Made by a program: the position numbers and the translations under genes
Notes under the pieces: model-generated
What the model saw: only the letters and a program-made list of their open reading frames with translations
What the model was told of the DNA's origin: nothing
The model's database searches: none
Source: Vicinamibacteria bacterium
GTDB taxonomy: Bacteria > Acidobacteriota > Vicinamibacteria > Marinacidobacterales > Marinacidobacteraceae
DNA length: 64,000 nt
Reading direction: 5' to 3'
Assembly: GCA_964291235.2 (NCBI GenBank)
Contig: OZ219816.1
Location: forward strand, 1,856,001-1,920,000
Shown here: piece after piece, positions 1 to 8,808 of the stretch
How positions within the stretch are numbered: position 1 is the stretch's first letter
Layout: each line of letters starts with the position of its first letter

Positions 1-2
1 CG

Positions 3-773
3 TGGTGGTTCGGGCGGGCCCAGGAGATCCAGTTCTTTGGCGGACGCTTCGACGTGAAAATGTGGTTCTACGTCGTCGGCGGGACGATGTTGTCGCTGAA
101 CGCCCTGTCCGGGGCCGTTTACCACTACGAACTCTTCGGCCAAAACTCCAATCCGGGCGTTTTCATCTACGCGGGGTTCTTCACGTTCTACGTCCTGGAC
201 TACTTCGTCTTTGAGCGCGTCCAGCTCTACACCTACGACCTGATCCACGAAAACGTCGGCTTCAAGCTGTTCTGGGGTGGACTGGTGGTCTATGGATGGA
301 TGTTCATCCTCCCGCTCTGGGGCATGGCGGTTCACCCGAATCCGGGGTTTTCGCCGGGGGCGACGAACTTCTGGCTCGTCGGGACGGTGGCGCTGTTCCT
401 CTTGGGATGGAGCATCTCGCGGGGAGCCAACCTGCAGAAGTACACCTTCAAGCGTTGGCCCGACCGCAAGTTCCTAGGGCTGATCCAGCCCGAGTACATC
501 CAGGCCGAGGATCGCAAGATCCTGTGCAACGGTCTGTGGGGCGTCGCGCGCCACTTCAACTACATGGGGGAAGGGTTTCTTTCCCTGTCCATCGCCCTGA
601 TATTCGGCCACTTCACGAACCCTTGGGCCTGGACCTATTTCGTCTTCATCGTCTCGATGTTCACCTACCGTCAACTCGATGACGACGCACACTGCGCCGA
701 GAAATACGGCGCCGAGAAGTGGGCGGAGTACCAGTCACGGGTGCCGTACCGCATTATTCCCGGCATCTACTGA
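3..773 (+). CDS. ERG4/ERG24-family sterol reductase (C14/C7 reductase-like), 5'-partial
   Basis: Frame open from window edge (WWFGRAQEIQFFGGRFDVKM); motifs DLIHENVGFKLFWG, ANLQKYTFK, GLWGVARHFNYMGE and C-terminal RQLDDDAHCAEKYG...VPYRIIPGIY. Confidence 0.88.
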   Translation, partial: WWFGRAQEIQFFGGRFDVKMWFYVVGGTMLSLNALSGAVYHYELFGQNSNPGVFIYAGFFTFYVLDYFVFERVQLYTYDLIHENVGFKLFWGGLVVYGWMFILPLWGMAVHPNPGFSPGATNFWLVGTVALFLLGWSISRGANLQKYTFKRWPDRKFLGLIQPEYIQAEDRKILCNGLWGVARHFNYMGEGFLSLSIALIFGHFTNPWAWTYFVFIVSMFTYRQLDDDAHCAEKYGAEKWAEYQSRVPYRIIPGIY

Positions 774-838
774 GACGGTTTCGTGCGAAGTCCGGGCAAG
801 GCGCCGGTCATGAGTTGACCGGGCTGCCCGGATTCTCC

Positions 839-1507
839 ATGCCGACCGTCCACTTCCTGACCATCGGCCAGTCGCCGCGGCCGGACGTGGTGCCGGAAAT
901 CCTGGGAATGCTGGGAGAGCGCGCAGACGCGATCACGGCCGTGGAAGCGGGCGCCCTCGATGGATTGACGCGGGAAGAGGTCCGCGGAGGCGCGCCGCGG
1001 GCGGGCGAGATGCCGCTGGTTTCGCGGCTGCGGAGCGGGGAAGAGATCGTGATCGGAGAGGACTTTGTCGAGGAACGGATGGCGGCGCTCCTCAGCGAGA
1101 TCCCGCCGGACGACATCGCAGCCATCCTCTGCACCGGACCCTTTCGGGGAATTGGCGAACGCCCGGGGCTCGTCAAGGCCGGCCCGATCTTCGACCGGAC
1201 GCTGCGAGCCGCCACCGCTCCGGGGGCCACGGTCGGAATGCTGATTCCGGAACCGCGGCAGGAAGCCGACGCTCGGCGACGGGTCCCTGACGATTCCCCG
1301 TGCGTGATCGGAGTCGCGTCTCCCTATTCGGACGGCGGAGTGGAGGGGCGGCTGGCGAATGAGTTCCGGGACGTGGACGTCATCGGTTTGAACTGCCTCG
1401 GCTACGGCGGCCCCCTGGAAGCGGCGGTCGCGCGCGCCACCGGAAAACCGGTGGTCCTCGCGCGTCGGGCGCTCGCGGAGGCGGTGCGGCGCCTGGTGGC
1501 TGGCTAA
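839..1507 (+). CDS. AroM family protein
   Basis: N-terminal TIGQSPRPD, EAGALDGL, LVSRLRSG, ILCTG, LNCLGY; ATG at 839 within ORF 719..1507. Confidence 0.85.
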   Translation: MPTVHFLTIGQSPRPDVVPEILGMLGERADAITAVEAGALDGLTREEVRGGAPRAGEMPLVSRLRSGEEIVIGEDFVEERMAALLSEIPPDDIAAILCTGPFRGIGERPGLVKAGPIFDRTLRAATAPGATVGMLIPEPRQEADARRRVPDDSPCVIGVASPYSDGGVEGRLANEFRDVDVIGLNCLGYGGPLEAAVARATGKPVVLARRALAEAVRRLVAG

Positions 1508-1519
1508 CGCCGCGGTGGT

Positions 1520-1766
1520 GATTGAGTCAGCGAGTTTCGCGGCCAGGAGCGCCAGCCTCCAGGCTGGCATCGCCGAGCGAAGCGAGGCGAAACTCTCGTC
1601 GCTCGCTCGCCAGGATGGCGCCGCAGCCCGGCGCCATGGCGCAGCGCTGCTCATGCGGCGGTAAAGCGCTACGCCGTCCCCGTTTGGGTTGCCGTCGTCG
1701 GGGATGATTGAGTCAGGGAGTTTCGCTCCGCTGCGCGGAGCGATGCCGGCCGGAGGCCGGCGCTCC
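1520..1766. repeat. REP-doublet (REPIN-like) element: two inverted GGAG-headed double-hairpin units (1546-1597 and 1717-1766)
   Basis: GGAGCGCCAGCCTCCAGGCTGGCATCGC faces GCGATGCCGGCCGGAGGCCGGCGCTCC; spacer is homologous to 26041-26135. Confidence 0.85.
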
Positions 1767-1820
1767 TGGGGCTGGGCGTCATGCGGCGGACGAATTCGCG
1801 AGTTCCGCAGCCTCCGGCGG

Positions 1821-1842
1821 CGGTGCCGGCCTGGAGGTCGGC
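1821..1842 (-). repeat. degenerate REP hairpin
   Basis: GGTGCCGGCCTGGAGGTCGGC resembles the family core but lacks the GGAG head. Confidence 0.45.
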
Positions 1843-1922
1843 CCGGTCCTCCCGATGGGGGATCCCTTCCCGGATACCATCGGAAGCACCCGTCGCCCCA
1901 AGACATCGGAGGGGAGGAAGTC

Positions 1923-3917
1923 ATGCACCGACATTTGTCCATAGCCCTTTCCGCCGCCGCGCTGCTCGCCAGCGCCGCGGCCGCTGCCGCACAGGAATCG
2001 TCCCCGGTGGAGGAGGCATTCCGGGCCCAGATCTCCCTGCAGTCGGCAAGCGGCCCCCGCATCTCGCCCGACGGGAGCATGATCGCGTATTCCGTGGGCA
2101 CCACGGACTGGGAGAACAACCGGTTCGACCGGGAGATCTGGCTGGCTCCGGCCGACGGCGAGCCCTTCCGGCTCACCGACACTGAGGACGGCAGCAGTAG
2201 CGGGCACCGGTGGTCTCCGGACGGGTCCCAGCTCGGTTTCATCGCGGACCGTGGGGACGGCGCGCAGATCCACCTGATCCGCCCGGAGGGCGGCGAGGCC
2301 AGGCAGCTCACCTCCCACGACGGAGGCATCAACTCGTTCCGCTTCTCGCCCGACGGCAGCCGGATCGCGTTTTCGGCTTCCGACCCCGCTCCCGACGACT
2401 TCGAGGAGCGGGAGGAGAGCTTCGGGGACTACGCCGTCGAGGACAGGGACTTCCGCATGTCCCACCTCTGGGTTGTCGAGGTGCGCGACGGGGCCGAGCC
2501 CCGCCGCCTGACCGAAGGCGACGAATTCACGGTTGGGACGTTCGCGTGGTCACCGGACGGCGGCGAGATCGCCTTCGACCACACGCCCACCCCCCAGGTC
2601 GATTCGTTCCGGCAGGCGGACGTCTCGGTTGTCGAGGTGGCCAGCGGAACGGTCCGGGTGCTGGCCGGCGATCCCGGCCGCCAGCGCGGACCGCTCTGGT
2701 CGCCGGACGGCGCGCTCATCCTCTTCTCCACCTCCGGGGAAGCGAGCCCCTACTACGGCAACAGTGAACTCGCGGTGATCCCCGCGGCGGGCGGCGAATC
2801 CCGCATCCTGACCGCCGGCTTCGACGAGAACCCGTCCCCGGTGGCGTGGAACGACGACGGGGTGTTCTTCGTCGCTTCGCAGCGGACCGCCCGCCAACTG
2901 TTCCTGCTGGATCCCGACTCGCGCGACGTGACTGTGGCGCTGGACACCCCCGAGATGATCGCCACGGTGGACATCGCGCGCGATGGCTCCGCCATGGCGA
3001 TCCAGGGCGAGGACCGCACCACCGTCTCCGAGATCTTCCGGAAATCGGGGGGCGCCGGGGCTGAGCGGGTCACCGACATGACCTCCCAGTTGGCCGATTG
3101 GGGCGATCTGGGCACCCGCGAAGTGGTGACCTGGAATAGCGAGGACGGCGCCGAAATTGAAGGAGTGCTGATGAAGCCTCCCGGCTACGACCCTGCCCGC
3201 GCCTACCCGCTCATGGTGATCATCCACGGGGGACCCACCGGTACTTCCCGGCCCCAATTGGTCGGCGGCTACGTCTATCCCGCCCTCGAATGGCTCAAGA
3301 AGGGCGCCGTGGTGATGATGCCCAACTACCGCGGCTCGGCGGGCTACGGCGGCGAATTCCGAGCGCTCAACGTCCGGAATCTCGGCGTCGGCGACGCCTG
3401 GGACGTCCTCTCCGGTGTCGAAGCGCTCGTGGAACGCGGCGTGGCGGATCCGGACCGGGTCGCGGCGATGGGCTGGAGCCAGGGCGGCTACATCTCCGCC
3501 TTCCTGACCACCAGTAGCGACCGCTTCCGCGCCATCTCGGTGGGAGCCGGCATTTCCAACTGGATGACCTACTACGTCAATACCGACATCCACGGCTTCA
3601 CCCGGGAATACCTGAAGGCCACGCCCTGGGACGACCCCGAGATCTACGCCAAGACCTCTCCGATGACCTACATCAACCAGGCCAGCACCCCGACCCTGAT
3701 CCAGCACGGCGAGTTCGACGCCCGGGTGCCCACGCCCAACGCTTACGAGCTGTACCAGGGGCTCCAGGATGTCGGCGTCGAGACGGAGCTCATCATCTAC
3801 AAGGGTTTCGGTCACGGGATCACGAAACCGCGCGAACGGCTCGCAGCGATGGTGCACAACTGGGAGTGGTTCGCGCGTCACATCTGGGGCGAGGAAGAAA
3901 AGGCGACGAACGAGTAG
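1923..3917 (+). CDS. S9 family (prolyl oligopeptidase / acylaminoacyl) peptidase, secreted
   Basis: GGAGG RBS before ATG 1923; signal peptide; WSPDG propeller repeats; IHGGP, NYRGS, GWSQGG nucleophile, D..VP and GHG catalytic motifs. Confidence 0.93.
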   Translation: MHRHLSIALSAAALLASAAAAAAQESSPVEEAFRAQISLQSASGPRISPDGSMIAYSVGTTDWENNRFDREIWLAPADGEPFRLTDTEDGSSSGHRWSPDGSQLGFIADRGDGAQIHLIRPEGGEARQLTSHDGGINSFRFSPDGSRIAFSASDPAPDDFEEREESFGDYAVEDRDFRMSHLWVVEVRDGAEPRRLTEGDEFTVGTFAWSPDGGEIAFDHTPTPQVDSFRQADVSVVEVASGTVRVLAGDPGRQRGPLWSPDGALILFSTSGEASPYYGNSELAVIPAAGGESRILTAGFDENPSPVAWNDDGVFFVASQRTARQLFLLDPDSRDVTVALDTPEMIATVDIARDGSAMAIQGEDRTTVSEIFRKSGGAGAERVTDMTSQLADWGDLGTREVVTWNSEDGAEIEGVLMKPPGYDPARAYPLMVIIHGGPTGTSRPQLVGGYVYPALEWLKKGAVVMMPNYRGSAGYGGEFRALNVRNLGVGDAWDVLSGVEALVERGVADPDRVAAMGWSQGGYISAFLTTSSDRFRAISVGAGISNWMTYYVNTDIHGFTREYLKATPWDDPEIYAKTSPMTYINQASTPTLIQHGEFDARVPTPNAYELYQGLQDVGVETELIIYKGFGHGITKPRERLAAMVHNWEWFARHIWGEEEKATNE

Positions 3918-3981
3918 CCGCCGCCATCCGCGCGATCACGCGGGTCGGCGATCCGTAGTTCGCCCGCCGGCGGCGGATGGC

Positions 3982-4004
3982 GCCGACCCGAAGGCCGGCG
4001 CTCC
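3982..4004 (-). repeat. REP hairpin variant
   Basis: Reverse complement GGAGCGCCGGCCTTCGGGTCGGC in the peptidase-OPT spacer. Confidence 0.6.
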
Positions 4005-4021
4005 CCCATACTTCGGGGCGC

Positions 4022-5602
4022 ATGGCTGAGCCGAGACGCCACCCGAGCATCTTCGAGCCCGGGACGCTGCTCTTCGGGGCGGCGCTGGCCCTGATCGGGG
4101 CCATCATCGGGATGGAGCTCCTGACCCGCGTCGGAATCAGCCCAAACAGCTCCATCATCGCCGCGGTACTCGCCATTGCAGTCGGGCGGATCCCGCTCGC
4201 CTTCACCCGCCGCTTCCGCAGCACCGCACGCCAGAACCTGCTCCAGACGGTCATCTCGGCGGCGACCTTCGGCGGGGCGAACGCGGTGTTGCTGCCGGCC
4301 GGGATGGTGTGGCTTTTCGGCCGGCCCGACCTCGTGCCCGTGATGATTCTCGGCGCGGTGCTCGGGTCGCTGCTCGACATCGCTCTGCTCTACCGGCTCT
4401 TCGGCAGCCGGGTGTTTCCGGCGGAGGGGCTCTGGCCCTCCGGGGTCGCCACCGCCGAATGTCTGCGGGCGGGAGACGAAGGCGGCCGGCGGGCGACGCT
4501 GCTGATCACCGGAGGGGTCGCAGGCGCCCTCGGACGGCTGGTGGGCATTCCCACCGACATTGTGGGGGTCTGCTGGATCGGGAACCAGGTGGCCCTGCTC
4601 ATGTTCGGGCTGGGGCTCCTCGCCCGCGGCTACGCGCCACCAGTTCTCGGGCTGGACCTCGCCGCCATCCACGCGCCCCACGGCATCATGATCGGCGCGG
4701 GGGCGGTGGCGCTGTGGCAGATGGGCCGAGCGATCCGCGGCCGCCAGGAATCACCCAGCACCTCATCCGCCACCGGACCCCAGCCCGGGCTCTCGACATT
4801 CGCCAAGGGGTACTCCCGCTTCGCGGCGGCGGCCGCGCTCGTCGCGGTTCTCGGTGGACTGCTGTCCGGGATGGGGATTCCCGGCGTCCTCGCCTTCGCG
4901 TTGTTCGCGGCGGCCGCCGCGCTCATTTCGGAACTCCTCTGCGGGGTTGCGGCGATGCACTCGGGGTGGTTTCCGGCCTTCGCGACCTCGCTCATCTTCT
5001 TGCTCCTGGGAATGCTGCTGGGGTTCCCGCCGCTCGCGCTGGTCCTCCTGACCGGCTTTGCCTCGGCCACCGGGCCCGCGTTCGCCGACATGGGCTACGA
5101 CCTGAAGGCGGGCTGGATCCTCCGGGGTCACGGCGAAGACCCGGACTATGAGATTCAGGGCCGGGCCGCGCAGCGCGGGGCGGAAGTCTTCGGGCTGCTC
5201 GTCGCTTCGGGACTCGTGCTGCTGACCTACGCCTCCTACTTCGAGGCGGACCTCTTTCCGCCCTACGACCGGGTCGCGGTGGCGACCATCGCGGCGGGAC
5301 AGAACCCGGGGCTCGCTCGCGAGCTCGCGATCTGGGCCGTGCCCGGGGCGATCCTGCAGGTCCTCGGCGGCCCCAACCGGCAGATGGGGGTGCTCTTCGC
5401 CACCGGGCTGCTGATCGTGAACCCGGTCGCCGGCTGGACCGCCCTCGCCGCGCTCCTCGTTCGACGGGTCGTGAGTTGGCGCACTGGCAACCGCTACGAC
5501 GGGCTGCGCTACATCGTGGCGGGCGGGCTGATCGCGGGGAGCGCCCTGATGAGTTTCTTCTCGGGCGTCGCCTCCGGAATGTTCAGCCGCCGGGTACCAT
5601 GA
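4022..5602 (+). CDS. OPT/YSL family oligopeptide transporter
   Basis: Highly hydrophobic; GISPNSSII, QNLLQTVISAATF, WPSGVATAE, AMHSGWFPAFA, ADMGYDLKAGW motifs. Confidence 0.82.
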   Translation: MAEPRRHPSIFEPGTLLFGAALALIGAIIGMELLTRVGISPNSSIIAAVLAIAVGRIPLAFTRRFRSTARQNLLQTVISAATFGGANAVLLPAGMVWLFGRPDLVPVMILGAVLGSLLDIALLYRLFGSRVFPAEGLWPSGVATAECLRAGDEGGRRATLLITGGVAGALGRLVGIPTDIVGVCWIGNQVALLMFGLGLLARGYAPPVLGLDLAAIHAPHGIMIGAGAVALWQMGRAIRGRQESPSTSSATGPQPGLSTFAKGYSRFAAAAALVAVLGGLLSGMGIPGVLAFALFAAAAALISELLCGVAAMHSGWFPAFATSLIFLLLGMLLGFPPLALVLLTGFASATGPAFADMGYDLKAGWILRGHGEDPDYEIQGRAAQRGAEVFGLLVASGLVLLTYASYFEADLFPPYDRVAVATIAAGQNPGLARELAIWAVPGAILQVLGGPNRQMGVLFATGLLIVNPVAGWTALAALLVRRVVSWRTGNRYDGLRYIVAGGLIAGSALMSFFSGVASGMFSRRVP

Positions 5603-6687
5603 GCGGGATGTCGCAAGCAGCCTGTGAACAAAGTCACGCGGCATTCGAACGGCGATGCATCCCGCCTGAAACGGGCCGCTGTGCGGCCCTCATCGTTGCG
5701 TTTGTGTCGGAATACACCCGGTATTCCTCCCTCACGCGCCGCCCCCACCGGGAGAACCGGGTCAGCCGGACCCCCACCGGGAGAACTGGGCCTCGCCGTT
5801 CTCGATGCTCCCGTCACGTTGTCCGCAGGCTGTTAAACGGCCGGCGCGTCGGCGTCTTCCCGGCCGCGCTTCTGATCCTTGCCGGTTGCGGAGGATCTCC
5901 CGAAGTCGAGGGCGAAGGCCCCTTGGTCGTTGCCGCCGACGTGGGGTTCGCCCCCCACGCCATGATGACCGCGAACGGCGAGGTGGAGGGGTTCAACGTG
6001 GACCTCGCCCGGGAGATTGCGGACCGGCTGGGCCGTCCGGGCTTCGAAATCGTGGACTCGGAGTGGTCCTCGATCTTCTCCGGGCTCTACGCGAAGAAGT
6101 TCGAGTTCGTGATCGCGCCGACCACGATCACCGCGGGCCGGGCCGAACGGGTATTGCTCACCGAGGGGTACCTGGACACGGACCCGGTCTTTCTCCGCCG
6201 CCGCGACGATGCCGAACTGACGGACCTGGCTCAGCTCCGGGGACAGTCGATCGCGGTGAACAACGGCTCGGCCTACGACCTCTGGGCCACCGACAACCAC
6301 GAGGCTCTCGGTTTCGAAGTGCTCCGCTACGGAAAGAATGCCGATGCGGTGCAGGCGGTGCTCTCCGGCCGGGCGTTCGCCAATCTGGTCGGCGAATCGG
6401 TCGCCATGTGGGCGGTGCGCCAGAACGCGGGAGTGCGGGCCGACTTCCGCATCCGGGCGGAGACGGCCTTCGCCGTGGCCTTCCGGAATGACGACGTCGA
6501 AACGCGCAACCAGGTGGAGGAAATCCTGGAGTGCATGAAGACTGACGGAACCATCGCGCGCATCCACCAAGAGTGGCTGGGGGTGGAACCGGCGCCGGGC
6601 TCCGCCGCGGTCACGGCGTATCCGGGATTCGGACCGCCCGGGCTCTCCGGGTTCATGGAGACGCCGGGACGCCAGCCCTGCGGGTGA
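5599..6687 (+). CDS. polar amino-acid ABC transporter substrate-binding lipoprotein (N-terminus carries an in-frame MITE)
   Basis: ATGA overlap with OPT stop; lipobox LILAGC; DVGFAPH, GFNVDLA, TITAGRAERV (SBP_bac_3-type); true start uncertain. Confidence 0.85.
   Translation: MSGMSQAACEQSHAAFERRCIPPETGRCAALIVAFVSEYTRYSSLTRRPHRENRVSRTPTGRTGPRRSRCSRHVVRRLLNGRRVGVFPAALLILAGCGGSPEVEGEGPLVVAADVGFAPHAMMTANGEVEGFNVDLAREIADRLGRPGFEIVDSEWSSIFSGLYAKKFEFVIAPTTITAGRAERVLLTEGYLDTDPVFLRRRDDAELTDLAQLRGQSIAVNNGSAYDLWATDNHEALGFEVLRYGKNADAVQAVLSGRAFANLVGESVAMWAVRQNAGVRADFRIRAETAFAVAFRNDDVETRNQVEEILECMKTDGTIARIHQEWLGVEPAPGSAAVTAYPGFGPPGLSGFMETPGRQPCG
5615..5835 (+). mobile_element. MITE copy 1 (221 bp), imperfect terminal inverted repeats
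   Basis: Ends AAGCAGCCTGTGAACAA / TTGTCCGCAGGCTGTTA; colinear with the reverse complement of 39950-40134 apart from two 18-nt insertions. Confidence 0.85.
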
Positions 6688-7412
6688 GTCACGTTCTGGA
6701 GCTCCGGGGGGTCGGGAAGACCTTCTCCGGAATCCCTGCCCTCCGGGACATCCACCTCGCGGTGGGATCTGCGGAGCTGGTAGCGCTGATCGGGCCGTCC
6801 GGCTCCGGGAAAAGCACGCTGCTCCGCTGCTGCAACCGTCTGGCCGAGCCAGACGGCGGGGACGTCATCTTCGAAGGGCAACCGGTCCCCGCGGGAGGCG
6901 CCGAACTCGCCTCCGTGCGGCGGCGGATGGGCATGGTGTTCCAGGCGTTCAACCTCTACCCGCACCTGAGCGCGCTCGAAAATGCCGCCCTCGCACCGCG
7001 CCGCGCGGCAGGACTCACGCAGGTCGAAGCAGAAACGGCGGCGCGGGAGGCGCTCGAACGGGTGGGTCTCGGGGACCGGACGGGCGCTATGCCGGATGAA
7101 CTCTCCGGGGGCCAGCAGCAGCGCGTCGCCATCGCGCGGGCGCTCGCGCTCAAGCCCCGCATCCTGCTGCTCGACGAACCCACGAGCGCCCTCGACCCCG
7201 AACTGGTGGGCAGCGTCCTGCGGGTGATCCGGTCCCTGAAGGAGGACGGGGTCGCAATGATGATCGCCACCCACGAGATCGCCTTCGCTCGGGAGGCCGC
7301 CGACCGGATCGCCTTCCTGGCCGAAGGGGAGATCCTCGAGTGCGGCCCGCCGGAAGAGATCCTCGACCACCCAAAGAGCGAAAGGCTCCAGAACTTCCTG
7401 AGCCGCCTTTAG
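6684..7412 (+). CDS. polar amino-acid ABC transporter ATP-binding protein
   Basis: GPSGSGKST, LSGGQQQRVAIARAL, LLLDEPTSALDPE, THE; GTGA overlap with upstream stop. Confidence 0.95.
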   Translation: MSHVLELRGVGKTFSGIPALRDIHLAVGSAELVALIGPSGSGKSTLLRCCNRLAEPDGGDVIFEGQPVPAGGAELASVRRRMGMVFQAFNLYPHLSALENAALAPRRAAGLTQVEAETAAREALERVGLGDRTGAMPDELSGGQQQRVAIARALALKPRILLLDEPTSALDPELVGSVLRVIRSLKEDGVAMMIATHEIAFAREAADRIAFLAEGEILECGPPEEILDHPKSERLQNFLSRL

Positions 7413-7425
7413 ACGCGCCGGTCCA

Positions 7426-8094
7426 ATGCGCATCTTCTTCGACCCGGAGGTCCTCGCCGCCGCCTGGCCGGCCATCCGATCCGGGATCGGCGTGACGCTC
7501 GGGCTCGCGCTCTCCTCGATCGCCGCCGGCGTGGCGCTCGGACTCCTGCTCGCCACCATCCGCGCGCTCCTCCGGGGGGCGCCGCTCCGGCCGGTCGGAG
7601 GACTGATCGCCGCCTACGCCGATGTCTTCCGCGCCCTCCCGCCGCTCGTCCTGCTCGTCGTCCTTTATTTCGCGGCGCCGTTCGCGGGGATCGAACTGAG
7701 CGGTTTCATGGCGGCCTTCGTAGCCCTGGGACTCGTGCTGGGCGCCTCGGCGGAGGAGATCTTCTGGGCCGGCATCACCTCGGTGAACCGCGGGCAGTGG
7801 GAGGCGGCGCTTTCCACCGGACTCAGCCGCGGGGAAGCGTTCCGCCGGGTGGTGCTGCCGCAGGCGGTGCGCCTCACCATCCCCCCTCTCACCAACCGGG
7901 CGATCGCCACCGGCAAGAACACCGCGCTCGCTTCGGTCGTGGCAGTGCCCGAAGTACTGAACCAGGCCGCGAGCATCCAGGCGCAGACCGCAAGTCCGGC
8001 ACCGCTCCTGCTCGCCGCCGGCGTCTACGTCGCCCTCTTCCTCCCGCTCGTCCGCGCGGGGCGCTGGCTGGAAACGCGCTTCCCCACCCGCTGA
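7426..8094 (+). CDS. amino-acid ABC transporter permease
   Basis: FRALPPLV, GQWEAALSTGL EAA loop, KNTALAS. Confidence 0.93.
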   Translation: MRIFFDPEVLAAAWPAIRSGIGVTLGLALSSIAAGVALGLLLATIRALLRGAPLRPVGGLIAAYADVFRALPPLVLLVVLYFAAPFAGIELSGFMAAFVALGLVLGASAEEIFWAGITSVNRGQWEAALSTGLSRGEAFRRVVLPQAVRLTIPPLTNRAIATGKNTALASVVAVPEVLNQAASIQAQTASPAPLLLAAGVYVALFLPLVRAGRWLETRFPTR

Positions 8095-8100
8095 GCCGTC

Positions 8101-8772
8101 GTGTCCGAGTTCTTCCAGACCTTCCTGAACCCGCAGGTGATGGCGGAGAGCTCCGGGCTCCTGCTGCGGGGTCTGCTGGTCACCGTCGAAGCGTGCTTGA
8201 TCGTGATTCCCGGAGGACTGTTCTTCGGCGCCGGTCTGGCGCTCGCCCAGACGCTCGCTCCCCGCGGGGTAACCGGGCTTCTTTCCTGGGGCGTGGACCT
8301 GGTGCGCGCCTTCCCGCCCCTGGTGCTGCTCGTTCTCATCGTCCACGGGCTGCCGTTCCTGGGCATCGAGCCGCCGCCGCTCCTGGGAGTCGGGATCGCG
8401 CTCACCATCAACACCTCGACCTACTACGGGGAGATCCTGCGGGCCGGAATCCTGAGCATCGAGCCGACCCAGTGGGAGGCGGCGCGCTCCACCGGGCTCG
8501 GCACCGCGGCGACGCTGCGCCATGTGATCCTTCCCCAGGGCGTCCGGAACGTGCTCCCCGACCTGGCGGGCAACACGCTCGAGGCCGTCAAGCTGACTTC
8601 GTTGGCAAGCGTGGTGGCGCTACCCGATCTGCTGCGGATGGCGCGGGTCGCGCAGGGGGTGCATTTCAACCCCTCACCGCTGATCCTGGCGGCGCTCCTT
8701 TACCTGGCGCTGCTCTGGCCGCTGGTCCGGCTCATCCGCCGACTCGGCGGGCGCGCGGTCCTACCGGCCTAG
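8101..8772 (+). CDS. amino-acid ABC transporter permease
   Basis: RAFPPLV, TQWEAARSTGL EAA loop, KLTSLAS. Confidence 0.93.
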   Translation: MSEFFQTFLNPQVMAESSGLLLRGLLVTVEACLIVIPGGLFFGAGLALAQTLAPRGVTGLLSWGVDLVRAFPPLVLLVLIVHGLPFLGIEPPPLLGVGIALTINTSTYYGEILRAGILSIEPTQWEAARSTGLGTAATLRHVILPQGVRNVLPDLAGNTLEAVKLTSLASVVALPDLLRMARVAQGVHFNPSPLILAALLYLALLWPLVRLIRRLGGRAVLPA

Positions 8773-8808
8773 CCACCCCTGGTTTGGCCGCGCCCGCTAC
8801 GGGCCGGC

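Noticed and set aside
1522-1922. Small ORFs and 78-aa N-terminal extension of the peptidase (GSFAPLRGAMPAGGRRS-type peptides, also at 17976-18221 and 26186-26455)
   Set aside because: Translations of the REP repeat; the peptidase has its own RBS and signal peptide at 1923
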